64,000 nt of DNA from Bdellovibrionales bacterium (lineage in GTDB: Bacteria; Bdellovibrionota; Bdellovibrionia; Bdellovibrionales; UBA1609). Both the position numbers and the translations under genes were made by a program. Shown here in pieces: positions 1-9,151 of this stretch (position 1 is the first letter of the stretch; the number at the start of each line of letters is the position of its first letter). The notes under the pieces were generated by a model. That model ran no database searches and was not told the origin of the DNA. It saw only the letters and a program-made list of their open reading frames with translations. Location: positions 448,001 through 512,000 of the forward strand of contig CBDBIB010000001.1 in the NCBI GenBank assembly GCA_965205945.1. The letters are read 5' to 3'.

Positions 1-2
1 TT

Positions 3-746
3 AACTCAACAACTCTAGCCTTTAATTTTGCAAAATCCATGGGCAAAGAACTTAGAGCTGTTGGAATCAATTTTAACTTTTCTCCTTGCACAGATACTTT
101 ACTAAATAACAAGAATAACGTTATTGGTGACAGGGCTTTTTCCAACAATCATCATATTGTTGGAAAGCTAGCTTCTTGTATAATTCGTGGCTTTAAAAAA
201 GAAAATATTCTTACCTGCATTAAACATTTTCCAGGACACGGATACTCCGCTCTTGATAGCCATAATGAGTTACCTATTGATGACCGCAGGCTAGAAGACA
301 TTCATGAAATTAACGCTTTTAAAAAAACTCTTAAAACTAAACCTGAATTTATCATGCCTGCACACATTATATTCCCAAAAATTGATCCCTATTTTCCAGT
401 TACTCTTTCTAAAACATGGATAAAAAATGTTTTAATTGATCAATTTAATTGCAGGTCATTTCTAATTTCAGATGATTTAGATATGGGGGCTCTTAATAAT
501 TATGACTTTGATATGATGGTTAAGCGCATTTATAACTTAGGATTTCATCAACTTTTATTCTGTCACAGTCATGAAAAAGCCCAAAAAGCTTTGGAGTTAC
601 TAAACCAATCTTGTGAACTTGATAAAATTAGACTCAACCAAATTCTAGATTTAAAAGATAATACTCATCTTCTTGGACCTGATATTCTCAATGATGATAT
701 AATAGGGCACAAAGAACATAAAAAAATTGCTGATCAATTTAAATAA
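3..746 (+). CDS. nagZ: Beta-N-acetylhexosaminidase (GH3), 5'-truncated by the window edge
   Basis: KHFPGHG...DSH motif and SDDLDM nucleophile region; frame is open from position 3 to the ATG at 39. Confidence 0.9.
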   Translation, partial: NSTTLAFNFAKSMGKELRAVGINFNFSPCTDTLLNNKNNVIGDRAFSNNHHIVGKLASCIIRGFKKENILTCIKHFPGHGYSALDSHNELPIDDRRLEDIHEINAFKKTLKTKPEFIMPAHIIFPKIDPYFPVTLSKTWIKNVLIDQFNCRSFLISDDLDMGALNNYDFDMMVKRIYNLGFHQLLFCHSHEKAQKALELLNQSCELDKIRLNQILDLKDNTHLLGPDILNDDIIGHKEHKKIADQFK

Positions 747-781
747 TTATTCTATTTTTAAAACACTCATAGGAGCTCATT

Positions 782-1609
782 ATGCTTAAAAAAATTATTA
801 CCCTATCTATAATATGTACTTTTTCATTTACGGTATTTGCTGAAAAAAATATTTTCACTGATGAAGAGTTTAAACAAAATGAGTTTGATCTTATAAGCAA
901 GGACTTAGTTGCAGCCTTTGCTCATACTATAAACTCTGGAGGTTCATCTTTAGGAAAAATTTGGGGCCTTGAAGCCGGTATTGTTGCAGGTATTTTATCC
1001 TCTAAGAATTTAGAAAATGTTGCTAAAAACATTTCTGGCATAAAACAAGACAACTTTTCATACATACCTTACGCTGGTTTTATTGCAGGCGTTACACTTC
1101 CTTTTGGAATAGGTTATGAGTTAAATATAATTCCTACTCTAGGTCTAGATTTCGAAAACGACTCCTTTTTTAATACCAGCACTGCTTTAAGATGGTCCGT
1201 AACTGACCTTATTCCAATAGTAGGAACATTCTCACCGTTAAAAATTGCTCTAAAAGCTGCTTTTGGGAAAACAGCAGTTAAGTATACCTTTAATATTAAT
1301 ACAGACTCTGAAGAAAAAACTGATTTTAAACTTAATAATACTGAGCTTGGTATTGTTGCAGGATTTAATTTATTTTTAATTGAACCTTATCTTGGCTTAA
1401 GTCATGTCAAATCAAAAACTAGATTACACGCATCAACCAATATTAAAATTCCAGGTATCATTACAGAACAGACTTTAAAATCAGATTTATCAGGAACCAG
1501 AACAATTATTGGTCTTTTATTTAAACTACCCATATTTAGAATTGGTCTAGAATGGTCTAATTTACAAGATTCTAATAGATACACAGCAAAGCTGTCTTTA
1601 AAAATTTAA
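782..1609 (+). CDS. Exported hypothetical protein, probably an outer-membrane beta-barrel
   Basis: Signal peptide ending FTVFA; Gly/aromatic-rich alternating strands; C-terminal YTAKLSLKI; SD AGGAG upstream. Confidence 0.6.
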   Translation: MLKKIITLSIICTFSFTVFAEKNIFTDEEFKQNEFDLISKDLVAAFAHTINSGGSSLGKIWGLEAGIVAGILSSKNLENVAKNISGIKQDNFSYIPYAGFIAGVTLPFGIGYELNIIPTLGLDFENDSFFNTSTALRWSVTDLIPIVGTFSPLKIALKAAFGKTAVKYTFNINTDSEEKTDFKLNNTELGIVAGFNLFLIEPYLGLSHVKSKTRLHASTNIKIPGIITEQTLKSDLSGTRTIIGLLFKLPIFRIGLEWSNLQDSNRYTAKLSLKI

Positions 1610-1650
1610 AAACCCTCTCATAACCCATCTAGTTTTTTATAAAAATAGTT

Positions 1651-2675
1651 AACCCGAATTCGAACTTTTTAAATCTGCTGTAACATTCTATTCTCATGGG
1701 TTTGAATACGAATTGATAGCTTAAAAGGGCGCAGAAATATGCTGTTAGTGCTGACAAAACATTTATCACAAAGTTTAAACTTTGATGTCAAGAGTGTTCA
1801 ATGTGAAACTCTTCTTTTAAAATTCCAAAAACAGTCTCAACAATATATCTTTTCCTCAGTAACAGTTTGTCAAATAGTGGAACAAACCTATTTTTCATAT
1901 TTGATTTTAAATTCGTAATCAACTAAACACCTTTAGCCATAAGTTTTTTAAAGAACTTCTGGAAGATGTCCCCCTTATCACCAAAAAATTTTCCTAAAAA
2001 AAAACCATGAGCAAGATCTTCTAGAGGTTTTTTATCATGTACATTTCCTGGAGTTATTGTGAAGTTTAAAAGCCCCCCTTTGTGAGAAATAATGATGTGA
2101 ACTTTAAACCCAAAGAACTAAGCCATTGTTAACCTTCCTTTCTTTGCAAGCCTTTTAAAGGTTTCGTGTCGGTTGATTCTTTTGTTATTGCAAACAACTA
2201 AAGGGCTTAAATCAACTATGGAAATTTTAGTGCAAAGATTTGATTGCATCAACGAGTGTAGAAAAATAAAAAGATGTGGAGCCAAAGATTTTTTAAGTTC
2301 TACAAACCTGTTGTAAGATAAGCGTTTTGGGAAATCTGCTTTTAAAAAGCTTTAAGTATAGCCCTGTGTAGAAAGCCTTAAAATTCCTGAACCCAGAAAA
2401 TTAAAATAATAGACATATGGTGATCACTTCTGATTCTGATAACGCCGGGGGAAAACCTTCCTTCTTCTTACTGGATATAAGCTTGCGTTGCTCTTTATGA
2501 AATCCTAAAATAAAATCGCCAACAAGAGTAAAAACTTCTATAAGTTGATTCTCTTTAATCATTCCCAGCTTCTTTTTTGCAGATTAGTTAAAAACAAAAA
2601 ATAAATCTTACAAAAGACTGGGGTGATCTTTTATTTATTCAGGGCTTAGATCCTGAATAAGTCCAAATTCGGGTT
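1651..2675 (-). mobile_element. IS982-family element with a pseudogenised transposase
   Basis: Terminal IRs aacccgaattcgaactt (1651-1667) and aagtccaaattcgggtt (2659-2675), 15/17 match; minus strand from ATG 2562 reads MIKENQLIEVFTLVGDF...LSESEVITICLLF*; later fragments FFGFKVH and FGDKG; several stops and frameshifts. Confidence 0.9.
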
Positions 2676-2939
2676 AGATAAGATTTCATAGGTTTAAGAG
2701 TATCCACGCATGGACTTTTCTAGCCTCAAGTAAGCCTCTTTTTTCCTCTTTAGTTGTGGTTTGATTGTAAGCAGCTAAGTTCTTAAAATGAATTCTTTTA
2801 CGTTTTAAAAGCTTAAGGGCCCTGACAAAGCCTCTAACTCCACTTTTCTTTTAAAAAAAACCTTTTTGTCTTATCAACACTTGAATAATTTATACTTGTA
2901 AGTTTAATTAAATATTTAACTTTCAAAAAGGTAATTATA

Positions 2940-4010
2940 ATGTTTATTAAACGTACTTTTTTTATATTTTGTTTTTGTGCCATCAATTCTCAACCTTTAA
3001 GAGCTCAAGTCAGTTCTTTTTCTCAAGCAAGCTCACCTAGATCCAACCCCAATATTAGCGTTAATGTATTAATGTTAGGACGCACTGGAAATAGTGGAGA
3101 AAGCGCCTTATCTAAAAACCCGAATGGACTTCAACTTCAAGAAGTTGAGACAAGGTTTACCTCAAACATTGACAGTTACTTTATGGGTAATGTCGTGCTT
3201 GCTATTGAAAAAGAAAATGAGGAGTTTAAAGTTGAACCCGAGGAAGTTTTTATTCAAACACTTTTCCTACCTTCTTTTACAATTAAGGCTGGAAAATTCT
3301 ATGCCCTTTTAGGACGCCACAATCATCTTCACACTCACTCGTTTCCATTTATTAATAAACCCCTCACAAATGAAATTTTATTAGGAGAGGAAGGTTTAAA
3401 TGAAGAAGGGGTAGCTATATCTTACTTGGTTCCAACCTCTTGGTATTTTGAAATAGTTGCACAGGGTTTTTCAGCAACCAACGAAATTCTTTTTAATAGC
3501 ACGAGTAAAAACGATATTACAGGCATTTTATTTATAAAAAACCTTTGGGATTTAAGTGATGCTTCAACATTTGAATTTAATCTTGCCTATGCAAATGGAA
3601 AAAACTCATTTAATGGAACAACTTACCTTTATAACGCCTCTGCAACTTATAAGTGGCGCCCTATTCAAAAATCTATAAACCATAGCTTTTCTTGGACCAT
3701 TGAGTTTTTACAATCTCACAGAGAAAATGCTACAAAGGATAAAAAAATTGGTGGTATTAGTTCCTGGGCACAATGGCAACTTACAAGACGTTGGTGGCTG
3801 CAAGGACGAGGCGAGTACCTTGGACTGCCAAAACCGGATGCTGGCACAATAACAAAATATTCAGCCCTTGTAGGGCTTGCCCTAACTGAATACTCAGCTT
3901 TAAGACTTCAATACGATAAGATTAACCAAAATTCTCATAGCAAAAACGAGCACCATATTTCCTTACAGTTAAATGTTAGCCTTGGCGCACATCCAGCGCA
4001 TAACTACTAA
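2940..4010 (+). CDS. Putative outer-membrane beta-barrel linked to metal uptake
   Basis: Signal peptide; His-rich GRHNHLHTH; C-terminal LGAHPAHNY; directly upstream of a metal SBP and permease. Confidence 0.7.
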   Translation: MFIKRTFFIFCFCAINSQPLRAQVSSFSQASSPRSNPNISVNVLMLGRTGNSGESALSKNPNGLQLQEVETRFTSNIDSYFMGNVVLAIEKENEEFKVEPEEVFIQTLFLPSFTIKAGKFYALLGRHNHLHTHSFPFINKPLTNEILLGEEGLNEEGVAISYLVPTSWYFEIVAQGFSATNEILFNSTSKNDITGILFIKNLWDLSDASTFEFNLAYANGKNSFNGTTYLYNASATYKWRPIQKSINHSFSWTIEFLQSHRENATKDKKIGGISSWAQWQLTRRWWLQGRGEYLGLPKPDAGTITKYSALVGLALTEYSALRLQYDKINQNSHSKNEHHISLQLNVSLGAHPAHNY

Positions 4011-4020
4011 GAAAGTAAGT

Positions 4021-4929
4021 ATGAAAAAAATCCTTATTTTTTTACTAATATCATCACTCACCCCAGTGACAGCCTTTGCTAAATTAAATGTGCTCACTAC
4101 CACTACCACCTTAAAATCCATTGCAAAAAGTATTGGTGGCAAATATGTCAAAGTTAATTCAATTACAAAAGGGACACAAGATCCTCATTTTGTGGAAGCA
4201 AAACCTTCATATATGGTAAAAGCTAGACAAGCTGATTTAATAATTGCTGTTGGTCTAGACTTAGAGATTGGGTGGCTACCAAATATTATCCGAGGCTCAC
4301 GAAATCCTAAAATTATGGATGGAGGCCCCGGCTATTTTCAAGCCAGTCGTTTCATTACCCCTATTCAAGTACAAAAAGGTCGAGTTGACCGCTCTAAAGG
4401 TGATATTCATGCACTTGGAAACCCCCACTTCATACTTGACCCCCTTCGCACCATAAAAATTGCTAAAGCCCTTTCTAAAAAATTCTCTAAACTAGATCCC
4501 AATAACGAAATTTACTATAATCAAAATGCAAAAACTTTTGAAAAAAAAATCAATCAAAAGCTTTTAAAATGGCATAAAAGAATTAAACAAAAAGGAATAA
4601 AAAAAGTTGTCACTTATCACAAAACACTTAGTTATTTTCTTCACCGCTTTGGCTTAAAACTGTCAGGAGAAATTGAAACTAAGCCCGGAGTGCCACCAAC
4701 TATAAAATATATTCTTTCTCTTATGGAAACTATTAAAAAAGAAAAAGTCTCCTGTATCTTAGTTGAAAGCTTTTTTGAAACAAACACTGCTCAAAGAATA
4801 AAAAAAAATGTCCCTCTTCAAATTAAAGTCATACCAACTGAAGTCAATGCAACAAAAAAAGCCACAAACTATGAGGCTTTGATTGAAACCATAGTAGCCT
4901 CAATTGAAAGTTGTACAACAAAAAAATAA
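4021..4929 (+). CDS. Metal ABC transporter substrate-binding protein (ZnuA/TroA-like)
   Basis: Signal peptide from ATG 4021; QDPHF, GNPHF and VTYH metal-binding motifs. Confidence 0.9.
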   Translation: MKKILIFLLISSLTPVTAFAKLNVLTTTTTLKSIAKSIGGKYVKVNSITKGTQDPHFVEAKPSYMVKARQADLIIAVGLDLEIGWLPNIIRGSRNPKIMDGGPGYFQASRFITPIQVQKGRVDRSKGDIHALGNPHFILDPLRTIKIAKALSKKFSKLDPNNEIYYNQNAKTFEKKINQKLLKWHKRIKQKGIKKVVTYHKTLSYFLHRFGLKLSGEIETKPGVPPTIKYILSLMETIKKEKVSCILVESFFETNTAQRIKKNVPLQIKVIPTEVNATKKATNYEALIETIVASIESCTTKK

Positions 4930-4943
4930 ACCCTGGATAGTTT

Positions 4944-5744
4944 ATGAACGATGTCATTTTATTCCTAGCCCCTCCCTTTATGATGTGCCTCATCTTAATA
5001 GGTATTCACTGTTATCTAGGACTTCACGTCCTTGCACGGGGTGTGATTTTTGTTGATCTTGCCTTAGCTCAAGTTGCTGCTTTAGGAAGCCTATTTGCTT
5101 TTTTATTTAATTTTGAACACTCTGATACAGCCACATATTTTATTTCATTAACAGGAACCATCATCGCCGCACTGTTTCTTTCTCTTGCCAACCTTTATCG
5201 AAATAAATTTTCTCAAGAAGCTATAATAGGAATTCTGTATGCTTGCTCCACAGCTTCTATTATTTTAATTGCTGATAAGATGAGTCATGGAACTGAACAC
5301 ATAAAATATGCTCTAGTCGGTCAACTTCTTTGGGTAACTTGGAGCGATGTTTTAAAAGTTACCGCCATTTATAGTATCGTTTCTACTATCCACTATATTT
5401 TAAGAAAGCCCCTCATAGACAATTCATTTGGAAAAAACTCTCATTGGAAATGGGATTTTATTTTTTATGCTCTTTTTGGTGTAGTTATTACAAGTTCAGT
5501 TCATGTGGCCGGAGTGTTATTGGTGTTTTCATTTCTCATTGTCCCTGCTGTTTTAAGTTCAATCTTTTATAAAAGACTCTTTCCTAGACTTTTATTAGGT
5601 TGGGGCGTGGGCTTTGTTTTAAGCGTTTTAGGAATGTCGCTTTCTTATTGGCTAGATCTTCCAGCAGGTGCTTTAATTGTAGTTGTGTTTACCTTAGTTC
5701 CTATTTTCGTAGTTCTAGGCATGAAAACTATTAAAGCACCTTAA
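4944..5744 (+). CDS. Metal ABC transporter permease (ZnuB/ABC-3 family)
   Basis: Multiple TM helices; FVDLALAQVAALG; GVLLVFSFLIVPA. Confidence 0.88.
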   Translation: MNDVILFLAPPFMMCLILIGIHCYLGLHVLARGVIFVDLALAQVAALGSLFAFLFNFEHSDTATYFISLTGTIIAALFLSLANLYRNKFSQEAIIGILYACSTASIILIADKMSHGTEHIKYALVGQLLWVTWSDVLKVTAIYSIVSTIHYILRKPLIDNSFGKNSHWKWDFIFYALFGVVITSSVHVAGVLLVFSFLIVPAVLSSIFYKRLFPRLLLGWGVGFVLSVLGMSLSYWLDLPAGALIVVVFTLVPIFVVLGMKTIKAP

Positions 5745-5866
5745 AAAAACTTTATAGTGAATCTTTTGTCAGTATTAACTGGGTATTGCCTGCGCGCTTT
5801 TAAACCGGTAATACGTGTCATGAAAATAGAATGTTAAACTAGATTTAAAAAGTCCAAATTCGGGTT
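5745..5866 (+). mobile_element. 3' fragment and right IR of a second IS982-family copy
   Basis: Homologous to the reverse complement of about 1651-1780; reads KNFIVNLLSVLTGYCLRAFKP; ends aagtccaaattcgggtt. Confidence 0.8.
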
Positions 5867-5964
5867 AACTAAACTCTTAGACTCAACTGACTTAGAAAAA
5901 TTAACTCTTACCTTAAGGTTTCTTTTCTCTTCATCTTTTAACTAGAGTTTAAAAATTTAGATTT

Positions 5965-6891
5965 TTAGATAATTTTTAATTCATCAGGCCAGGGAACTTT
6001 AAAAGTAAGGAGTTGTCTTGTTAAAGGATGTTTAAAGTTAAGTTCTTTAGCAACTAAGGCAAGACGTTTTAACTTCTTAGCTTTAGATTTTAAGATAGGA
6101 TCTTGTAGATCATTTATTTTTTTTTTCGAGCTATAAATAGGATCGTTTAAAATAGGATGACCTTTTTCTGACAAGTGAACACGTATTTGATGTGTACGAC
6201 CAGTTTCTAAGGAAAGTTCTACTAGACTAAGACTACCCTGCTTTAAAACTTTATAATGTGTAATCGCAATTTTTCCGACCTTTTGACTTAAAAACTTCTT
6301 TCTATCTCTAGGGTTTCGTGAAAGATTTGTCCTTAATGTTCCTTTTTGAATTTTTAATTTACCAAAAATAAGAGCCCAATAAATTCGACAAGCCTCTTTA
6401 TTTTTAAATTGTTCACTTAAAGACTCAAAAGCAATTTTAGTTTTAGCTAGAACTAAAAGACCACTAGTATCCTTATCAAGTCTATGCACAACTCCAGGAC
6501 GAATAGAGTCATTCTTTAAAAGTTTATCAAAGAGCGCGTTTACAAGAGTTCCATCAAGATTTCCTGCCCCAGGATGAGTAACAAGACCAATAGGTTTATT
6601 AACAACAATTAGATCATTATCTTCAAAAATTATTTCAACAAAAATTTCCTGTTGAAATGCCATAATTTTTTTTTTTAACAACGTTGTCATTGTTATTTCA
6701 ATTGAATCATTTAAGTTTAATAATAAAGAGGCTTTAACTTTATTTTTATTTACGGTAATTGCTTCAGATTTTATCATTTTTTGAATTTGTATTCGACTAA
6801 AATCAGGATATAAACGACTAATAAAAAGATCAAGTCTTTGAATAGTATTTTTAGATTCAACAATATAGGTTTTTTTATTTTCTAAATTCAT
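5965..6891 (-). CDS. rluD: RluA-family 23S rRNA pseudouridine synthase with S4 domain
   Basis: RLDxFI S4 start; VVNKP; GVVHRLDKDTSG; TGRTHQIRVH. Confidence 0.9.
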   Translation of the reverse strand: MNLENKKTYIVESKNTIQRLDLFISRLYPDFSRIQIQKMIKSEAITVNKNKVKASLLLNLNDSIEITMTTLLKKKIMAFQQEIFVEIIFEDNDLIVVNKPIGLVTHPGAGNLDGTLVNALFDKLLKNDSIRPGVVHRLDKDTSGLLVLAKTKIAFESLSEQFKNKEACRIYWALIFGKLKIQKGTLRTNLSRNPRDRKKFLSQKVGKIAITHYKVLKQGSLSLVELSLETGRTHQIRVHLSEKGHPILNDPIYSSKKKINDLQDPILKSKAKKLKRLALVAKELNFKHPLTRQLLTFKVPWPDELKII

Positions 6892-7501
6892 CTAAAGATT
6901 TCAGATATTCTTTTGTAAAAGCAATAGGGTTTATTCCTAAAAGTTGACAAATTTGTATGACAAAACCACGAACAAAAACCCTTGAGGGTAGATTCTCAAA
7001 ATCTTCCTCCTCTACGGCCAAAATACTTGTTTTTGATATTTTTGAAAAAGAAGAAATTTCATCAAGAGAAATATTTTTATATTTCCTAATTTTTTGTAAA
7101 AAAGATCCTGAACAATCATTAAGAAATTTTATTTGATCTTCAGTAAAAGTATCTTTATTAAAATCTTTAATTAAAAAACCGTCTTGTGCAGAAGCTGCTT
7201 TAGTATGATTTGATTGATTTATGTGAAGAGATAAATCTGGATTAGCGGGATTTAAAGTTTTTGATTGAATATTTTTTGTATCATGCCCTCGCCTTAGGTC
7301 CTGATTTTTAAGTGTTGTATAAGCACTCTCTATTAATTTATGAAGATCCTTGGCCTCTTCTTGACTAAACATACTGTAAAGAGCGGCGCTAGTAGGACTA
7401 TAAGTTTCCTTAGCTTCCATATACGCACGTTCAATTTCTTGAAGAGTGGCATCTTCAGAAATTTGAAGAATTTCATAAAAATTTTGTTTATTAGTAATCA
7501 T
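6875..7501 (-). CDS. J-domain-like plus RodZ-type HTH protein
   Basis: NFYEILQI...A..QEI.RAY J-like N-terminus without HPD; C-terminal GSFLQKIRK...LPSRVFVRGF HTH. Confidence 0.75.
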   Translation of the reverse strand: MITNKQNFYEILQISEDATLQEIERAYMEAKETYSPTSAALYSMFSQEEAKDLHKLIESAYTTLKNQDLRRGHDTKNIQSKTLNPANPDLSLHINQSNHTKAASAQDGFLIKDFNKDTFTEDQIKFLNDCSGSFLQKIRKYKNISLDEISSFSKISKTSILAVEEEDFENLPSRVFVRGFVIQICQLLGINPIAFTKEYLKSLDEFRK

Positions 7502-8469
7502 GCTGCAATATCAATATAACCCACATTAATCTTATTTTCAATTTTCGAAAATAAAGTTCTAAATTCTCTTAAAACCTCTGAATCTGGAGATTCTAAGAAA
7601 AGAGGCTTCATAGCTCGAACAGATTGCCATACATAGTTATCAAAATCTAGGTGTCCAAGAAAGTCTACTTCTTGGCCAAAGTACTGCCTTGAAATATTTG
7701 AAAATGATCTGCCAACCTTTTGATCTCTTAGCACACGACACTGGTTAATTATTATTTGTGGTTTATAAGTTAAAATTTCTTGAACAATGAGATTTCCAGT
7801 TTGTGGAAATTTTACTGTTAAATATCTTAGCAAATCTGAGGGAGTTTTAATGCCTAAATCTACCTTATTATTTAATATTGAATTAATAGTGTTCTTAAAT
7901 CCATGCTGTTTAGCTACACTTTTAAGGTTACTATAGAAAACTTCTTTAAGAAAATCATATGTATTCTCAATACTAATAGGCTCAGGGGTGCTTACAGTTA
8001 ATTGCACATCCGAACATGAAAAGGCTTGGATTGTTTTAGTGTCTGCCCCTGTACCAAGGTCATATACAATTCGATCAAAACCAAGTTTCCTAGCTTCTAA
8101 AAACAGCTGGTTTAAACTTTTAGCATCGATTTTATGAGCTCCATAAAAATCAGCGGCTCCTCGAATTATACTAAGATTTGTAAACTCTGTAGGAACAACG
8201 GCTTTTCTTAGGTGAGATACTTTTCCAAATAAATAGTCCTTTGCTGAAACACCGCTTCCAGCCACACACAAGTAAGTATGAGCGTTGGCACCCTTAAAAT
8301 CTAAGTCGATAATAAGAGTTTTTAAGCCTCCTTTGGCTAAATAAAGGGCTAAATTGCTAGTAATGAATGATTTTCCGACCCCACCCTTACCACCACCAAG
8401 AGCATAAACTACGGTTTTATTAAACCCACCATTTTTCTTAAATCTATTACTACAATTTTGCTTTATCAT
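7498..8469 (-). CDS. MinD/FlhG (ParA-family) ATPase
   Basis: Deviant Walker A GGKGGVGKS; IDLD; DLGTG; TPEPISIEN. Confidence 0.85.
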   Translation of the reverse strand: MIKQNCSNRFKKNGGFNKTVVYALGGGKGGVGKSFITSNLALYLAKGGLKTLIIDLDFKGANAHTYLCVAGSGVSAKDYLFGKVSHLRKAVVPTEFTNLSIIRGAADFYGAHKIDAKSLNQLFLEARKLGFDRIVYDLGTGADTKTIQAFSCSDVQLTVSTPEPISIENTYDFLKEVFYSNLKSVAKQHGFKNTINSILNNKVDLGIKTPSDLLRYLTVKFPQTGNLIVQEILTYKPQIIINQCRVLRDQKVGRSFSNISRQYFGQEVDFLGHLDFDNYVWQSVRAMKPLFLESPDSEVLREFRTLFSKIENKINVGYIDIAA

Positions 8470-9151
8470 ATCTGATTTTCTCTTCGGCTTCAGATTTTCT
8501 TAAATAGAGAGGATAAAAGTCTAAATATGTACAAGCCTTAAGGTATGCACAGATGTTAGTCTTGTTTGTAAATGATGAAGCTATGTTTTCAACAGTTAGA
8601 TTTACTTTTTGAACTGATGAATCTAAATAATCAAAACTAGAGTATTTATTTCTAAGCTCATTAAGCTTTTCATGTGCTCCATTAAAATTTATTTCCTCAT
8701 ACCAAGTCATATTTATAAGCGTAAACTTAGAGGTAAAACTTTTATTTCCTACAGAAGGGATAATAACATGAAACTGAGTAAGATCATTTTTTTTAGAAAG
8801 GATGTTTTGAGCAATCGGTGAGAAACTGCTACATAACGTGATAGGAATTTTTCCTGCAGCAAAAGAAAGTGATTTTATAAATGCAGCCCCAACTCTAAGA
8901 CCGGTAAAACTTCCAGGACCTTGGACAAAAAATATATGAGAAAGGTTTTTAATTTCAAATTGAGAAGTAAGTTTTAAAAATTTTAAAAAAAGCACATTAC
9001 TATGATAAACCTTTTTATTCCATACCTGTTGATTTAAAATTTTACCAGAAGGGCAAAGTACTGCAAGGGCTCCATTTAAACTAGAAGTGTCTAAAAGCAG
9101 TCCCCAATGTTTAGTATCACCATCCTGAAAAAATAATTTGTGAGAAGTCAT
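8450..9151 (-). CDS. tsaB: tRNA t6A biosynthesis protein TsaB (start uncertain)
   Basis: LLDTS; GPGSFTGLRVG; C-terminal PLYLRKSEAE. Confidence 0.85.
   Translation of the reverse strand: MTSHKLFFQDGDTKHWGLLLDTSSLNGALAVLCPSGKILNQQVWNKKVYHSNVLFLKFLKLTSQFEIKNLSHIFFVQGPGSFTGLRVGAAFIKSLSFAAGKIPITLCSSFSPIAQNILSKKNDLTQFHVIIPSVGNKSFTSKFTLINMTWYEEINFNGAHEKLNELRNKYSSFDYLDSSVQKVNLTVENIASSFTNKTNICAYLKACTYLDFYPLYLRKSEAEEKIRYDKAKL

Noticed and set aside
2686..2850. 55-codon open frame on the minus strand (KKSGVRGFVRALK...HAWILLNL)
   Set aside because: No start codon after the upstream stop and no recognisable family; possibly a gene relic but unsupported
5782..5814. GTATTGCC...GGTAATAC hairpin after the metal permease as a terminator or riboswitch
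   Set aside because: It lies inside the IS982 3' fragment and has no U-tract
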